Virus record (IMG/VR): IMGVR_UViG_2936028420_000001
Location: 1,094-65,093 of that record
Length of the DNA stretch: 64,000 bases
Source of the DNA: a virus
Strand: one strand, 5' to 3'
How positions within the stretch are numbered: the first letter of the stretch is position 1; each line of letters opens with the position of its first letter. The notes below the pieces were generated by a model. That model saw only the letters and a program-made list of their open reading frames with translations, did no database searches and was not told the DNA's origin. Made by a program: the position numbers and the translations under genes. This document shows positions 16,208 through 25,700 of this stretch, in pieces.

Positions 16208-17671
16208 TTAGCCCGTCAGGTTGCCGCTCGCGGAAGCCTGCCATACACGCATCGATTTAACCGTCATCGGCTCGTTCACGCCGGTTCCCAGGATAGGGAC
16301 GAGGTGCTGACTATCGACGATGCTAAACGTGGTGTAGTCCTGCACTTCTACCTTAGCGACAAGGCAGGTCGTAGCCGTTGTATTCGCTAAATTCGGCGCC
16401 GTGGCGCCCCCGTTGTCCACCTGTGGATTGTTGAAACTCGCGTGGCGCGCCACGCCTGAGTAAATCGTCGCTCCAGTCAATCCGGTTTGCTGAGTAAAGT
16501 GGACATCCGAGCCTGTGACATGAACCGCGATGACGAGTTTTTTTGAAGAGTCGTAAGAGAATGGAACCCAATCGGATGTTACAGTATTATAGGCGTTGGG
16601 CGACACCAGAGCCCCTGGATTTAGGACTGTGCTGGCGTGGCCATTGTCGAACGTTAATTGAACCTGATTGCCGTCGTAGTTTGACTCGTTACCTGTCGGC
16701 GCACTCTCTCCGACCCATGCAGAGTCCAGCGTTCCAACACCGCCGGAATACGTTTGGAACGTGACCCGAATCTTCCCGCCCGTTGATGCTCCTAGCAATG
16801 CTGGAGCGAGCACCTGACGAATGTTGTTTCCTTGCCACCCGAAATCCTCGTTTACAGGTGAATAGGTGAACACGGCGGCCGGGGGGAACGCCTCACCCGT
16901 GTACAACGACCATGAAAAAACGCTCCCAACTTGCACGTCGTCAACAAAGAATTTGACGTAGCCGCGCGTTGATGCGGTCGCGGGCACCCACAGACAGCCG
17001 TACTTGTGATACTGCGTAAAATCAAAATTCGAAGGGAACACCTCCGTGTAGACTTGCGAATTTGGCAGCTGGAATTGGCTCGTTCCCGCAGAGCCATACC
17101 AATCGTGGTATCCGCAGAGGATGAAATTATTGCCGACAGATGGCACATACTGCGAAAGACCGTATTCGAGAAAATCCAACTCGGCGAAATGCTTGAAGCC
17201 AGCCGTCTGTCCCGGCCACTGGTTTACCCCACTGCCGGGCACAAGCTGCTCGATCGCCATCGACCAGAAGCTTGGGAATCCCACGAAACTCTGATTGATG
17301 ACGTCCGTTGGGTTGAATTTTAGAATACCCTCAATGTAGAAGCCACCGCCGAACGCGGTGCCGTGAAACGTGCCAGACCCCTTGTCTACGACCGTGGCAA
17401 TTTCGCCGTTTGGGCCGCTGGTGTCGCCATTCAACGTAACGCTTCCGTCCGCATTGAGCACGATAGCCGCGAGCCCGGTTGAGCCGCTAAAGAAGCTCCA
17501 TGGATACCACTTGAAGCCCGCAGCCTTCGTGTTCGCAGCGTCAACTTGGCTCGATGTGAACGAGCTATTATAGGTCAGCAAGCGATATCCGACCGCCTGT
17601 GCCTGTGGTGGCACTTGCGCTGACCCAAGGTATGAGGCAGGCTGTCCGATTCTGATTCCAACAAAAGACAT
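16208..17671 (-). CDS. GH16-like glycoside hydrolase / ConA-fold putative tailspike
   Basis: GH16 catalytic ELDFLE, FPSFWSM, FHxY-like YHKYGCLW; GGAGGAGG RBS before MSFVG. Confidence 0.7.
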   Translation of the reverse strand: MSFVGIRIGQPASYLGSAQVPPQAQAVGYRLLTYNSSFTSSQVDAANTKAAGFKWYPWSFFSGSTGLAAIVLNADGSVTLNGDTSGPNGEIATVVDKGSGTFHGTAFGGGFYIEGILKFNPTDVINQSFVGFPSFWSMAIEQLVPGSGVNQWPGQTAGFKHFAELDFLEYGLSQYVPSVGNNFILCGYHDWYGSAGTSQFQLPNSQVYTEVFPSNFDFTQYHKYGCLWVPATASTRGYVKFFVDDVQVGSVFSWSLYTGEAFPPAAVFTYSPVNEDFGWQGNNIRQVLAPALLGASTGGKIRVTFQTYSGGVGTLDSAWVGESAPTGNESNYDGNQVQLTFDNGHASTVLNPGALVSPNAYNTVTSDWVPFSYDSSKKLVIAVHVTGSDVHFTQQTGLTGATIYSGVARHASFNNPQVDNGGATAPNLANTTATTCLVAKVEVQDYTTFSIVDSQHLVPILGTGVNEPMTVKSMRVWQASASGNLTG

Positions 17672-17682
17672 TGTGCCTCCTC

Positions 17683-18066
17683 CTAGTGTCCCGGCGGCGG
17701 CAATGGAGCCGAGCCGAAGAAGTGAGCCAATCCCCAACCGGCCGCGCCGGCAGCAGCGGTGAGGGCGGCGTATATGATTTTTCCGAGTTTCAACGCGCCT
17801 TTTTGCTGATCGCGCTGACTCTCGAACTCCTCGACTGCCGGCTTGATATCGACCAGAGTTGTTTCAATCGACGAGACACGGTTGGTGAGCTCTTGCGCCG
17901 AATCCTTGAGAGCATCGACCTTTTCGTGCAGGATGCGGCGGCCTTCAGAAGCGTTCTTTTCCTGAGTGCTCCACATGGTCATCAGATCTCGAACGGTCGT
18001 GTTCAGATGGTCGACGGTGGCCTTGAGACCGCCAATCATCTGGTGAACTTCGGCTTCCACGGTCAC
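17683..18066 (-). CDS. Holin-like coiled-coil plus C-terminal TM protein
   Basis: Coiled coil followed by one TM helix; in lysis cassette. Confidence 0.5.
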   Translation of the reverse strand: MTVEAEVHQMIGGLKATVDHLNTTVRDLMTMWSTQEKNASEGRRILHEKVDALKDSAQELTNRVSSIETTLVDIKPAVEEFESQRDQQKGALKLGKIIYAALTAAAGAAGWGLAHFFGSAPLPPPGH

Positions 18067-18359
18067 TTTCCTGCGTCCTTGTATTGCTCGATGAACTGAT
18101 CTTCGCAGGCGTCGCGCCGCTCAGTGCCCTTGTTGGCTTCTCGGAGTGCCGCTAGTGCCGCTGGTGACAAGACTCGGTAGTCCGATTTTCCACCAATCGA
18201 TGCGCCCGGTCCCGGCACCTTTGGATCGAGCTTTCGGCACTCCTTGAGTCCGGTCAGGTCCACAGCCAGCGTACCCGGCGATGTGGCGCAGCTTGCAAGA
18301 GGCATCGCCAACGAGGAAAGGATTGACAGCCGCAGCAGCAGGGGTGGGCGGTAGCGCAT
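18063..18359 (-). CDS. o-spanin (Rz1-like lipoprotein)
   Basis: Signal peptide with lipobox LASC; overlaps 3' end of i-spanin in another frame. Confidence 0.75.
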   Translation of the reverse strand: MRYRPPLLLRLSILSSLAMPLASCATSPGTLAVDLTGLKECRKLDPKVPGPGASIGGKSDYRVLSPAALAALREANKGTERRDACEDQFIEQYKDAGK

Positions 18360-18738
18360 CGGTGAAATCCTTCACTTCATTGTCGATGACAGTGTTTTCG
18401 GCGGTGGCGTTTGCGATCTCGGTCCAGACTTTTTCGCGAGTCTCGGTCGCGATCCGCGTGTCACGGTCGCGCTGCGCCTGGACGAAGGTTGCCTTTTCGG
18501 CATCCCATCGCGCCGCGTCGGAGCGCGAGCGATGGATGTCCGCAACCATGAAAGTGATGCTGGCGGCGAGGATGCCAACGCCGATGCGGGTGCCCAGGAA
18601 GAACCGGAGCAAGTACGGCACGATCGAGGTTAGGACTGCCGGACCGAGATAGAGCAGCACGATGGTGCCGCCCAGGCCGATGGTGCCGACGAGATACCAG
18701 ATCCACGAGATGCCACAGACGAGGCCGCCGTTGAACAT
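18121..18738 (-). CDS. i-spanin (Rz-like)
   Basis: N-terminal TM segments then coiled coil; on MINUS strand although the track labels it +. Confidence 0.75.
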   Translation of the reverse strand: MFNGGLVCGISWIWYLVGTIGLGGTIVLLYLGPAVLTSIVPYLLRFFLGTRIGVGILAASITFMVADIHRSRSDAARWDAEKATFVQAQRDRDTRIATETREKVWTEIANATAENTVIDNEVKDFTDALPPTPAAAAVNPFLVGDASCKLRHIAGYAGCGPDRTQGVPKARSKGAGTGRIDWWKIGLPSLVTSGTSGTPRSQQGH

Positions 18739-18739
18739 C

Positions 18740-19777
18740 TCAAACCCCCTGGTCGCGGAGCTTCGTCCAGCGCTGCCAGCCGGTGTAGGCCAGCGCGGCA
18801 AGCGCAATGACGGACGCCGCGATTGCGATTGCGGCCCACAGGTTCGGCGGGACGCCCAGGAACGGCTTGACGGTGTGAACGATCGCGGTGGCGCTGTCGG
18901 CCGCGACCTGCACGGTGGTGATGGTGTCGGAGGCCTGCGCCACCTTGTCGGCGACGTCTGAGATGCTGACGGTGTGGGTCTCAGTGTTGCCGTTCTCCGC
19001 CATCTTCGATGCCGCGCCGATCACGGTGGGCACCGCGGTCGAGATGACGCCCTTCATGATCTTGGAGTTGCCGAGGGTCTTGTTGTTGGTGTCGGCGCCG
19101 CGCGGCGCCTCGACGGGCGCCTCGATATCCGGCATGGCGTCCGACCAGCGAGCCACCCACACGGAAACCTCGTGCATGCCGTTGGTGCCGCCGTTGACCA
19201 GCCGGCGCACGCGCTCCGTCATGCCCTTCTTGGCGGGACCGACGCAGCCCAGCGCCACAAATTCAGCGACCGCCACCTCGAAGCTGATCTTGGGATCAGC
19301 GAGCAGTGCCGGATTGTCGGCGAGCTCGGGATGGCCGGTCATCTCGCCGATGCGCTCGTAATTGTCGCGCCCGGTCAGCTGCAGATCGCCGCCGCCACGG
19401 TATTTGTACCCGTCGCCCGGCAGATGATTGCCGAGTTCCTTGGCAAGCTTCGGCGAGCTTGGCAGGTTGTAGACGCGCTCGAACAGCGCCACCTCGTTAT
19501 GGGCGAGCCCGGCCGCCTCCTGCGGTGTGACCTTGGCCGACGACTTGCCCGCGCCGAACACCTCGACGATGCGCTCGGCGCGATAGTTACCACTCTCGCG
19601 GACGATGGTGCCGGCGCCGTTCTCATGGCTGATGTTGGCCATAAGTTGCACGACCACCTTGGGATCGTCGATGTCGTGCTCAGCGAACACTTCCTCCGAG
19701 ATCGCGCAGATGGTGTCGATCTTCGCCTGCGGCGCTCGCGGCCACATATGGCGAAGGGTCTCCGCTTCGAGTTTCAT
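18740..19777 (-). CDS. GH19 (chitinase-like) endolysin with C-terminal TM segment
   Basis: NISHE..G...RE..NY, DGYKYRGGGDLQLTGRDNY, RRLVNGGTNG. Confidence 0.85.
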   Translation of the reverse strand: MKLEAETLRHMWPRAPQAKIDTICAISEEVFAEHDIDDPKVVVQLMANISHENGAGTIVRESGNYRAERIVEVFGAGKSSAKVTPQEAAGLAHNEVALFERVYNLPSSPKLAKELGNHLPGDGYKYRGGGDLQLTGRDNYERIGEMTGHPELADNPALLADPKISFEVAVAEFVALGCVGPAKKGMTERVRRLVNGGTNGMHEVSVWVARWSDAMPDIEAPVEAPRGADTNNKTLGNSKIMKGVISTAVPTVIGAASKMAENGNTETHTVSISDVADKVAQASDTITTVQVAADSATAIVHTVKPFLGVPPNLWAAIAIAASVIALAALAYTGWQRWTKLRDQGV

Positions 19778-19789
19778 GGTGATGGCTTT

Positions 19790-22700
19790 CTAGTGTGATG
19801 GTTGTAGGCGCTGCACTTCCGCGCGAGCGTGGTTCTGCACCTCGCGAATTTTGTCTCTTAGCTCCGTCTCACTCAGGCTCTTGTTCTGGCGCAGGCCCTT
19901 GATCCGCTCATCGGCGCTCTTGAAGATCGATGCCTTGGTGGTCGGTGCCTCGCTCAGGAACTGCCGAGCCTCATCGGTATTGGTGCCGCCCTTCAGGTCT
20001 TTGCGCGCGGAGTTGATGCCTGCCTTGTCGTCGAGCGCCTCTTGCCGCTGTTCGTAATAGAGCGCGCGGTCGGCCTCCGGACCCACCTTGCCGACGAAGC
20101 GGCGCAGGATCGGCGTCTTTTCTGGCTGCCACTCGCCGCCGGTCGCGGTGTTGTAGAGCGTGTCCGCGATGCCCTTGGCGAAGCGGCCGACGCCGCCGGT
20201 GACGGCCTGCAACACATGGTCGATGCTGGCCGGATGTACGTCGATCGCGCCCGGCTGGTAGCTGCTGCCGCCGCTCCATGCGTTGAGGTCTTTCGCGGCT
20301 TCCTTCGAGAACGCGGAATTGCTCTTGAAAGCCTGCGAGGAGTCGGGCCGCACGCCTCGGTTCTTGTCCTGCTCCGGATAGAGCGGCTTGCCGGTCCAGT
20401 CCCGGTTGAACTCGATGTGGAAGGCCGGCCGGAGCGCGGAGGGAATGATATCCATCCACGTCGAGCTCTCCTCGCCCAGCGGGTTGAAGGCGCTCAGGAT
20501 CGAATCCATGATCGCGCTGGCAGCCTTGCCGGGCTTCTCCTTGCCCATCGCGACCGAGACGGCATGCGAGCCGATCACGGCAAACGGCGAGAAGCCGTAG
20601 GGCAGGGGCACCTTCAGATAGCGGTGCCCGCCCATCATGAACACGAGGTTCTTGTCGCGGTCCCAACTCGGGATCTTCATATAGTCGGAGACGCCGGCCT
20701 CGTCCGTGTCGCTGGCGAGGATCGAGTACAGCGTCGAGAGGGCGGCAGCTGCCGCGAGCGCGCCGACGGCCTGCCACACCCGGCGGTGACCGAGCGCGGT
20801 GGTCATGCGGGCGATGCCCTGGACGCCAGCATTGGCGAACATATAGAGCGCGGAGATGGCACTGCCGAGCTCGCCCTTCTTGTTGAAGTCGACCGTCAGG
20901 TTGCGCGCGAGCATCGCGGCGTCGGCCGTCGGGATTCCAGCTTCCTCCGCGGCCATGAAGGCGGCGAGGCGGGTTGCGTTCTCGATTCCGCCGCCGGCCA
21001 CCTCCAGCGCCTTGCCGGCCTTGTCGCCGATATCCTTGAGGGTGTTGACCGGGCCGCCCTCGAGCCGCTTGAGCTTCCGGCCCACGTTGGTCTCGATGGC
21101 GTCCGGATCCTCGATGCCGAAGAAGCGCACCCGGCCGCCCGCCTTGTCGAACCGGTGGAAGGCGTCGACATAGGGATCACCCGGCGCGGCGCCGGCGATG
21201 GCCTTCATTGATCCCTTCATCGCGCCCGGGATGTGCTTGATGAAGTTGCGGACGAAGCCGCGCTGCTGCTGCGCCTGCAGGTTGATGAACGCCTCGCCCA
21301 TGTCGCGGGCGAAGTTCGGAATCATGAACTCCGGATTGAACGAGGTGGCGAGCTTTGCCATCGTGTGAGTGATCGCGGAATAGGCCCGGATCAGCGCGTG
21401 GACGTTGGCGGTGCCCATGTTCTTGAGGCCGCGCGCCAGATTGAGCCCGTCGGGCCCGTGCAGCGCGATCGTGATGGTGCGGCCGTCAACCTTGGTCGAG
21501 AACTCGTTGTCCTTCAGCGCCGGCATGTTGTCGGGGATGGTGGTCACGAGCCCGGTATTCGGGTCGATCCGCTTAATGGGCTGCCGGCGGTTGATGGTCC
21601 AGCGGGCCGGATCAGGGTTGGCGCGGACAAATTGCAGGAAGGTGTTGCCCACACGGTTCTTTTCGGCCCTGACGATCGCCATCTCGGCTTGCATGATCGA
21701 GTAGGCGAGGGGAGAGGCGGCATCTGACTTGCGGCCGAAGGCGTTCTTGGCCTCCTTGCCGCGCACGTTCATGCCGCTGCCCTGGCGCGACATGGAGGCC
21801 TCGTCCTCGCTGCCGTCGGCCCAGCCGCGGAGCGGGACGTAATACTTGTAGCCGTTGTTCCAGGCATCGAAGGTGTCACGATCGATCAGACCGGCATCGA
21901 ACAGGGTGCGGCGGGTCTTGGCGTTGAGCGCGTCGATCATGCGGGCGACGGCGAGATAGTCCGGCAGTTTGCCAGCGTTCCGCAGGTCGCGGATGACCTG
22001 TAGTGCCTCGTTGGTCGACCAGCCGGAGCCGCCGACCTTATCGTGGTCCCTGATGGCATCGTAGAAGTCGTGGCCGGGCGTGTACATGGTGCCGATCGCG
22101 TTGTTGCGCTCGGGCGCGTGGCGGGCCTTGAGGAAGTTGTCGAGCTTCTCCACGTCGATGTCGCGCGCCTTCATCTCTCGGATGAGGGGATCGATGTGGT
22201 TCTCGGTCAGGGATTCCAGCCGCTGGCCGGTGCGGCCGTAGTACAGGCTCTCGGCCTGATACGCTGACTGGCTCGATGGCGCTCCAACCGACTCCTCGGC
22301 CTTCTTGACCCGCAGGAACTTGTCCTGCAGCTGCACGCGGATCTCGGTAGCGTTGATGTGACCCAGGCGACCGAGCAGCCGCGTGCGCAGGATGTCGGCG
22401 ATGGTGTTGTCGAAGGAGTTGGGGCCGCCCGGCTGGAAGGCGTTCGGTGGAGCGTTTAGCCCCAATCCCCCTTCTTCTTCTCGCGGATGGTCCGCTCGGC
22501 CAGCTTGATCGCCGCGTCGCGTCCCGCCGTCGGTTGCAGGGAACGCATTTCGGTCAAAAACTGCTCCCACGTCTCCAGGGTGTCGAACGGCCCGGGCGGG
22601 TCGATCATGTACTCGGCTGGCTTCATGGTTGGTCAGGCCCTTCTTGATGAGATCGGCGGCCTCGCTGATCGCTGTATCTATGCCGGGAACGCGCGATCGG

Positions 22701-25700
22701 AAGTCCGCATCGTCGAAATTCGTCCGATAGTCAATGAACCCGGCATCGTTGAGCACCACGTTGATGAGGTGGTGGTAGGCCGCGTTACCCTCGTCGGCAT
22801 TGATGGAGCCGGCGAGGAATGCCTCTCTGAGGGGCATTTTGAGCCGCCCTCCGATCGCAGCCGTCAGTCGCGCCACCTGATTGACCCGTGCAGTCCATTG
22901 CTCGGGCAGCATGGCCTTCGCGGTCGGGGTAACCTCGACACGGTAGGTGATGCCGTTGTGCCCGTGGGCGTAGACCGCGCGCATGCCGGGCGTGCTGGCC
23001 ATGGCGATGTCGGAATCGCTGAAGCTCCTCGACTCCGGGTGATTGTGGTGCGCGACGATATCCTCGGTGGGGTCGAGCAGGCGCGCGTAGAAGGCCGGCG
23101 AGATCGCGATGAAGCCCTTTGTGCCCTTGATGTCGCCATTGTCGACGACGTTGCCATGAGCGTCGTAGGCCATCAGATGCTCGGTGCTGGTCTCGCGGCC
23201 ATGCTGCAGAACATGCTTCTGGCCGGTTTCACCAAGCCGCCGCGCTTCGGGCGCCGGCGCCACATAGGCCCGCACGAGCCGATCCATGACGGCATCAGTC
23301 TCGGCACTCGCCAGCCCGGGCCCTGGACCATCGCCGCCCGGACCCTTGCCGGCCATCTGATCGAGGAACTTCTGGCGGTCCTCGGCCGACTTGAACTGGA
23401 AGCCCGGGATGGCGCCGTTGCCCTTGAAGCTGGAATAGTAGCCGCCGTTGGCCTTCGCCACGGCATTCATCTGGCTATAGGCGGTGCTCTCGACGCGCTC
23501 GTTCGCGGTCGCGACATAGAGCTTCGCCTTGGTCTTGGCGTGGATGGTCTCTCCGGTTTTGAAGGTGATGCCCTTCGGCGCGCTCGGCGGCGCGCCCGGT
23601 GCCCGTTGTGTCTCGGCCGGCTCCGGCTTGGCGACGGCATCGAGGAATTTCTGGCGCTCCTCGGTGGTGCCGAAACGGAAGCTTTTGGCGGTCTTGACGT
23701 ACTCGCCCTTGGTGGTCTCGACCGCTCGCATTAGCGCGCGGAATCGCTCCGGCCCGATGAAATTCTTGAGGTCGGCCGCGTGCACGTCGCCGCGCTTGCT
23801 GCTCTGCAAGGTGAAGTCGACGCCGTTGATGGTGACCTTGCCCTCGGTCGGGATGTCGATGTCGGGGGTTGCCGGCTCGAGCCGCTGGCCCATGTCGGCG
23901 TTCTCGATGCGATCGAATAGGTCGCCGATGGTCTCGACGTCGCTATAGTCGCGGCTCTTTTGCTGCAACTGCTTGGCGATATGAGCGTCGGTCTGCTTCT
24001 CCAACACGACGATGCGGGCCGAGATCGACGTGCCCGCGCGCTCGAAGGTGATCGCCGGCAGGTTCACGTCGCCGACGATATAGATGCCCTTGGCGGCCGG
24101 GCCATCCATGAACTTGTCGAACTTCGCGTCGGTTGATCCGCGCGAAATCAGCGCAACAATACGGCCGCCGTTCTTCAGGTGGCTCGCCGCCTTCTCCAGA
24201 TGGTCGATCGCGGTCTTACCGCCGGAGCCGAACGGCGGGTTCATCACGATGGCGTCGAACTTGTTGGCGCCCTTGTCGAGATTCTCGAAGCGGTCGACGA
24301 CGACGCGCGCGCCGGGCGAGGTCAGCGCCGCGCGGCTGGCGAGCGAGCTCGACGGCTCCACCAGGGTGCGCGCGGTGTCCTCGGGGAAGTAGCGCGCGAT
24401 GGCGCCGTGCCCGGCCGACGGCTCAAGGATCTTCTCGCCTGATTTGATACCGGCGAACTCGACCATCTTGAGGCCGATCGGCTCCGGCGTGGCGTAATAG
24501 TCAGTACCCTCGCGCTGATCGCGCCGGCCGGTGGTCTTGCCGTTCGCGAAATAGTGCGTCTTGGCCTTGTCGAATTCTGAGACGCTGTGCGAAAGCGCGC
24601 GGTCGATCTCCTTGCCGCCCTTGCCTTCGCCCGGCTCCGGTGCGAAGTCCCCGGCGCCGGAGAAGGCGTCGATGAAGGATTGCCGGATGGTGCGGGCCTG
24701 ATCGCCCAGGGCGAGGTTTTCCGCGGTGCCGGCGCGCTCCGCGATCTTGCCGGCGAACGTCCAGCGCTCCCAATCGGTGCCGGTGTTCATGTAGCGGAAG
24801 ATCGCATCGGACGACTGGCCGACGCGATAGATGCGGCCTTCCTGCTGGATCGAGGTGGTCGGCCGGATCGGCATACCGAGATTGAGCAGCACGCGCTGCT
24901 TCTTGCCGGTGGTGTCGTGCAGGCTGATGCCCGCCTCGCCAGCGGCCGACTGCACGATGATGATGTCGCGGCCGGAGTTGTCGTCGTTGAACAGTGCCTT
25001 GTCCAGATTCCGAACCTTGTTCGAGACGGTGCCGTTGTAGACCATGGCGTCGGGGAATGCCTTGGTCAGCTCGGCGATCGGCGCGTCATAGTCCGAGAAC
25101 TTCAGATCCTTGATGTACGGATTCTGCGCGCGGAAATCGTCGTAGAGGTCTTTCAGTTTCACCTCAGACGGTTTGCCATCCACGTAGGTGGTGACCTTGA
25201 CCGACGGCGGTACCGCGAGATCGAATGGGTTGATGCCGCCGCCCTCGTTATAGTCGTGGAACACCACGATCTTTCGGCCGAGATCGAGGGACTGCCGGAT
25301 GAACGGGACCGCCGCGCGCGCCTTGATGGCTTCGAGCAGACGCATGCGCGTCAGATAGTCGAACTGTTTCGAGATGACTTCGTGCAGCGGCCGGTACCGG
25401 CCGCCCTCGGCCTCCTGAAGGAAGCTGAGGGCTTGGTCGATCTGTTGGCCGACGGCATCGTGTGCGAGCACGAACTTGCGGTCATAGTCCTTGTCCACGG
25501 TCAGCGCTCGGCCGGACAGCGAGCCCTGCTTCTTCAGGTACTCGTGAAGCTGGCGCTCCATCACCTCGGATTTGACATCGGCGTCCGGCTTGGTGAGCCG
25601 GTTGGTCCGCATCCGGTAGCCGAGATGCTGCATGTAGAACGCGGCGCGGCCGTCGCCGGAATTGTAGCGCGATCCGGAGCGGTCCTTGTCGAACTCGAAC

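Noticed and set aside
18121-18807. ORF-track strand label + for the 228-aa ORF
   Set aside because: The listed peptide translates from the reverse complement (plus strand begins TCAGTG, the reversed stop); it is the minus-strand i-spanin, real start 18738.
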